A DNA stretch of 63,996 nucleotides, filler included, from Basidiobolus ranarum (Eukaryota): assembly GCA_040143965.1 (NCBI GenBank). It is 3 parts of 3 records of this genome, joined end to end, with 100 filler letters (N's around TTAATTAATTAA, not from the genome) between each part and the next. Parts side by side here need not be neighbours in the genome. Positions count along the whole stretch, not along the records: positions 47,208 to 63,996 come from JASJQH010000330.1; 2 more parts are not named here. One strand, given 5' to 3'. The notes under the pieces were generated by a model that searched no databases, was not told the origin of the DNA, and was given only the letters and a program-made list of their open reading frames with translations. The position numbers were made by a program, and so were the translations under genes. Below, piece after piece: positions 63,113 through 63,996 of this stretch (positions are counted from its first letter, which is position 1; each line of letters opens with the position of its first letter).

Positions 63113-63996
63113 ATGAGAATAAACACTCTAGTTCTGTTAGCTGCGGCTTTTGTCTCCCACTCCGCCATTTGTGCTTCAGCTAACCAAATATCCTCAAACT
63201 TGAATCTCTGCGAGAGCATTGAATGTCAAAAAGGTTTGAGATACATCCTGTTCCCGCTGGTTTCTAGAATAATAGCTAAATTTTATCCTTGTAAATAGAC
63301 AATAAGGTACTCACCCGCCGCTTATACAAGAGACAAGACCCTCCACCAGGAGATGGCTCAGGTAGTTATTATTTTCTTTTTATACTTCGATTCTTTCAAC
63401 CATTTTTCTATCCTTCTGGGTGTATTTGTTTTATTTGTTATTTCTTAGAGTATACATTGGTTTTTTGTCGTATATTCGAAACTCTCTTGTATAGTTTCTT
63501 TTTTATCATAGTCCAGAAACTAATTCTGAAGTTATTCCAGTTTTCACATCAGAATTTAATTCCTTTCCTACCACTTCTCTAGAGATCTCTGAGTCCTTTT
63601 CCTCCACTATAGACCCCACTAATTCCTTTGAGTCCTCTTTTACTTCCCCATCTGAGCCCATTGATACCAATTCATCTAACAATACACCTACTTCTGTACC
63701 CTTCGCTCTCACTTCTACATCTGATTCAGGTAATACCTGATATCTTTTGAAAATTTAATCATCATATCTATGAACTTCTTTGCTTCGAGGCTAAACAACT
63801 TTTTCTTGTAGTCACACCCTCGGAAGTGCCATCAGCAGCACCTACTGAAGTACCTTCATCTAATCCTGAAGTAGCTTCGCCATCACCATCGTCACCTTCC
63901 GAAGTACCCCCAACAACTCCGCCATCTTCATCCCCACCACCACCAACTTCTGAGACTCCTCCACCATCGCCGACTTCTGAGACTCCTCCACCATCA
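63113..63996 (+). CDS. Secreted Ser/Thr/Pro-rich (mucin-like, cell-surface) protein, multi-exon, running off the window end
   Basis: Signal peptide MRINTLVLLAAAFVSHSAICA and YKR-Q Kex2-like site in exon 2. S/T/P-rich exons separated by GT-AG introns (about 63234-63298, 63362-63511 and 63730-63811). Confidence 0.75.
63943..63996 (+). repeat. 27-nt coding tandem repeat (PTSETPPPS), at least 2 copies
   Basis: ccaacttctgagactcctccaccatcg followed by ccgacttctgagactcctccaccatca; cut off by the window end. Confidence 0.85.

Overview
This is AT-rich eukaryotic (fungal) genomic DNA with short GT-AG introns (about 55-150 nt). Gene content and style suggest an early-diverging fungus such as Zoopagomycota or Mucoromycota, possibly Basidiobolus-like; that assignment is inference only. 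The window has two 100-nt scaffold gaps, each carrying an artificial TTAATTAATTAA linker, and about 27 protein-coding genes or fragments can be supported. The left ~35 kb is gene-sparse and rich in signalling, secreted and lineage-specific genes: two paralogous 7TM receptors, an F-box/RCC1 protein, an intersectin-like EH-SH3-DH-PH-C2 protein, an aspartic protease, a small dibasic-site secreted protein, a G-alpha subunit, an H+-ATPase fragment, an M20 peptidase, two tandem Gly/Tyr-rich secreted proteins, an HMG-like protein and a C2H2 factor. The right ~29 kb is a dense housekeeping block: ADE6, LOS1, a hidden 4-exon ZNF706-like gene, YVH1, PRE1, cysteine synthase, glycogenin, cyclophilin B, a PSH1-like RING protein, an enoyl-CoA isomerase-like protein and RRP9. 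The best leads are a possible receptor / peptide precursor / G-alpha neighbourhood, the tandem Gly/Tyr-rich proteins with a near-invariant two-Cys C-terminal motif, the metazoan-like long intersectin architecture, an isomerase lacking its catalytic Glu, a truncated HMG box, a ~190-bp degenerate inverted repeat, and an ERSE-like promoter element. I recognised no tRNA, rRNA, CRISPR array or intact transposase. All exon structures were read by eye and no database searches were run.
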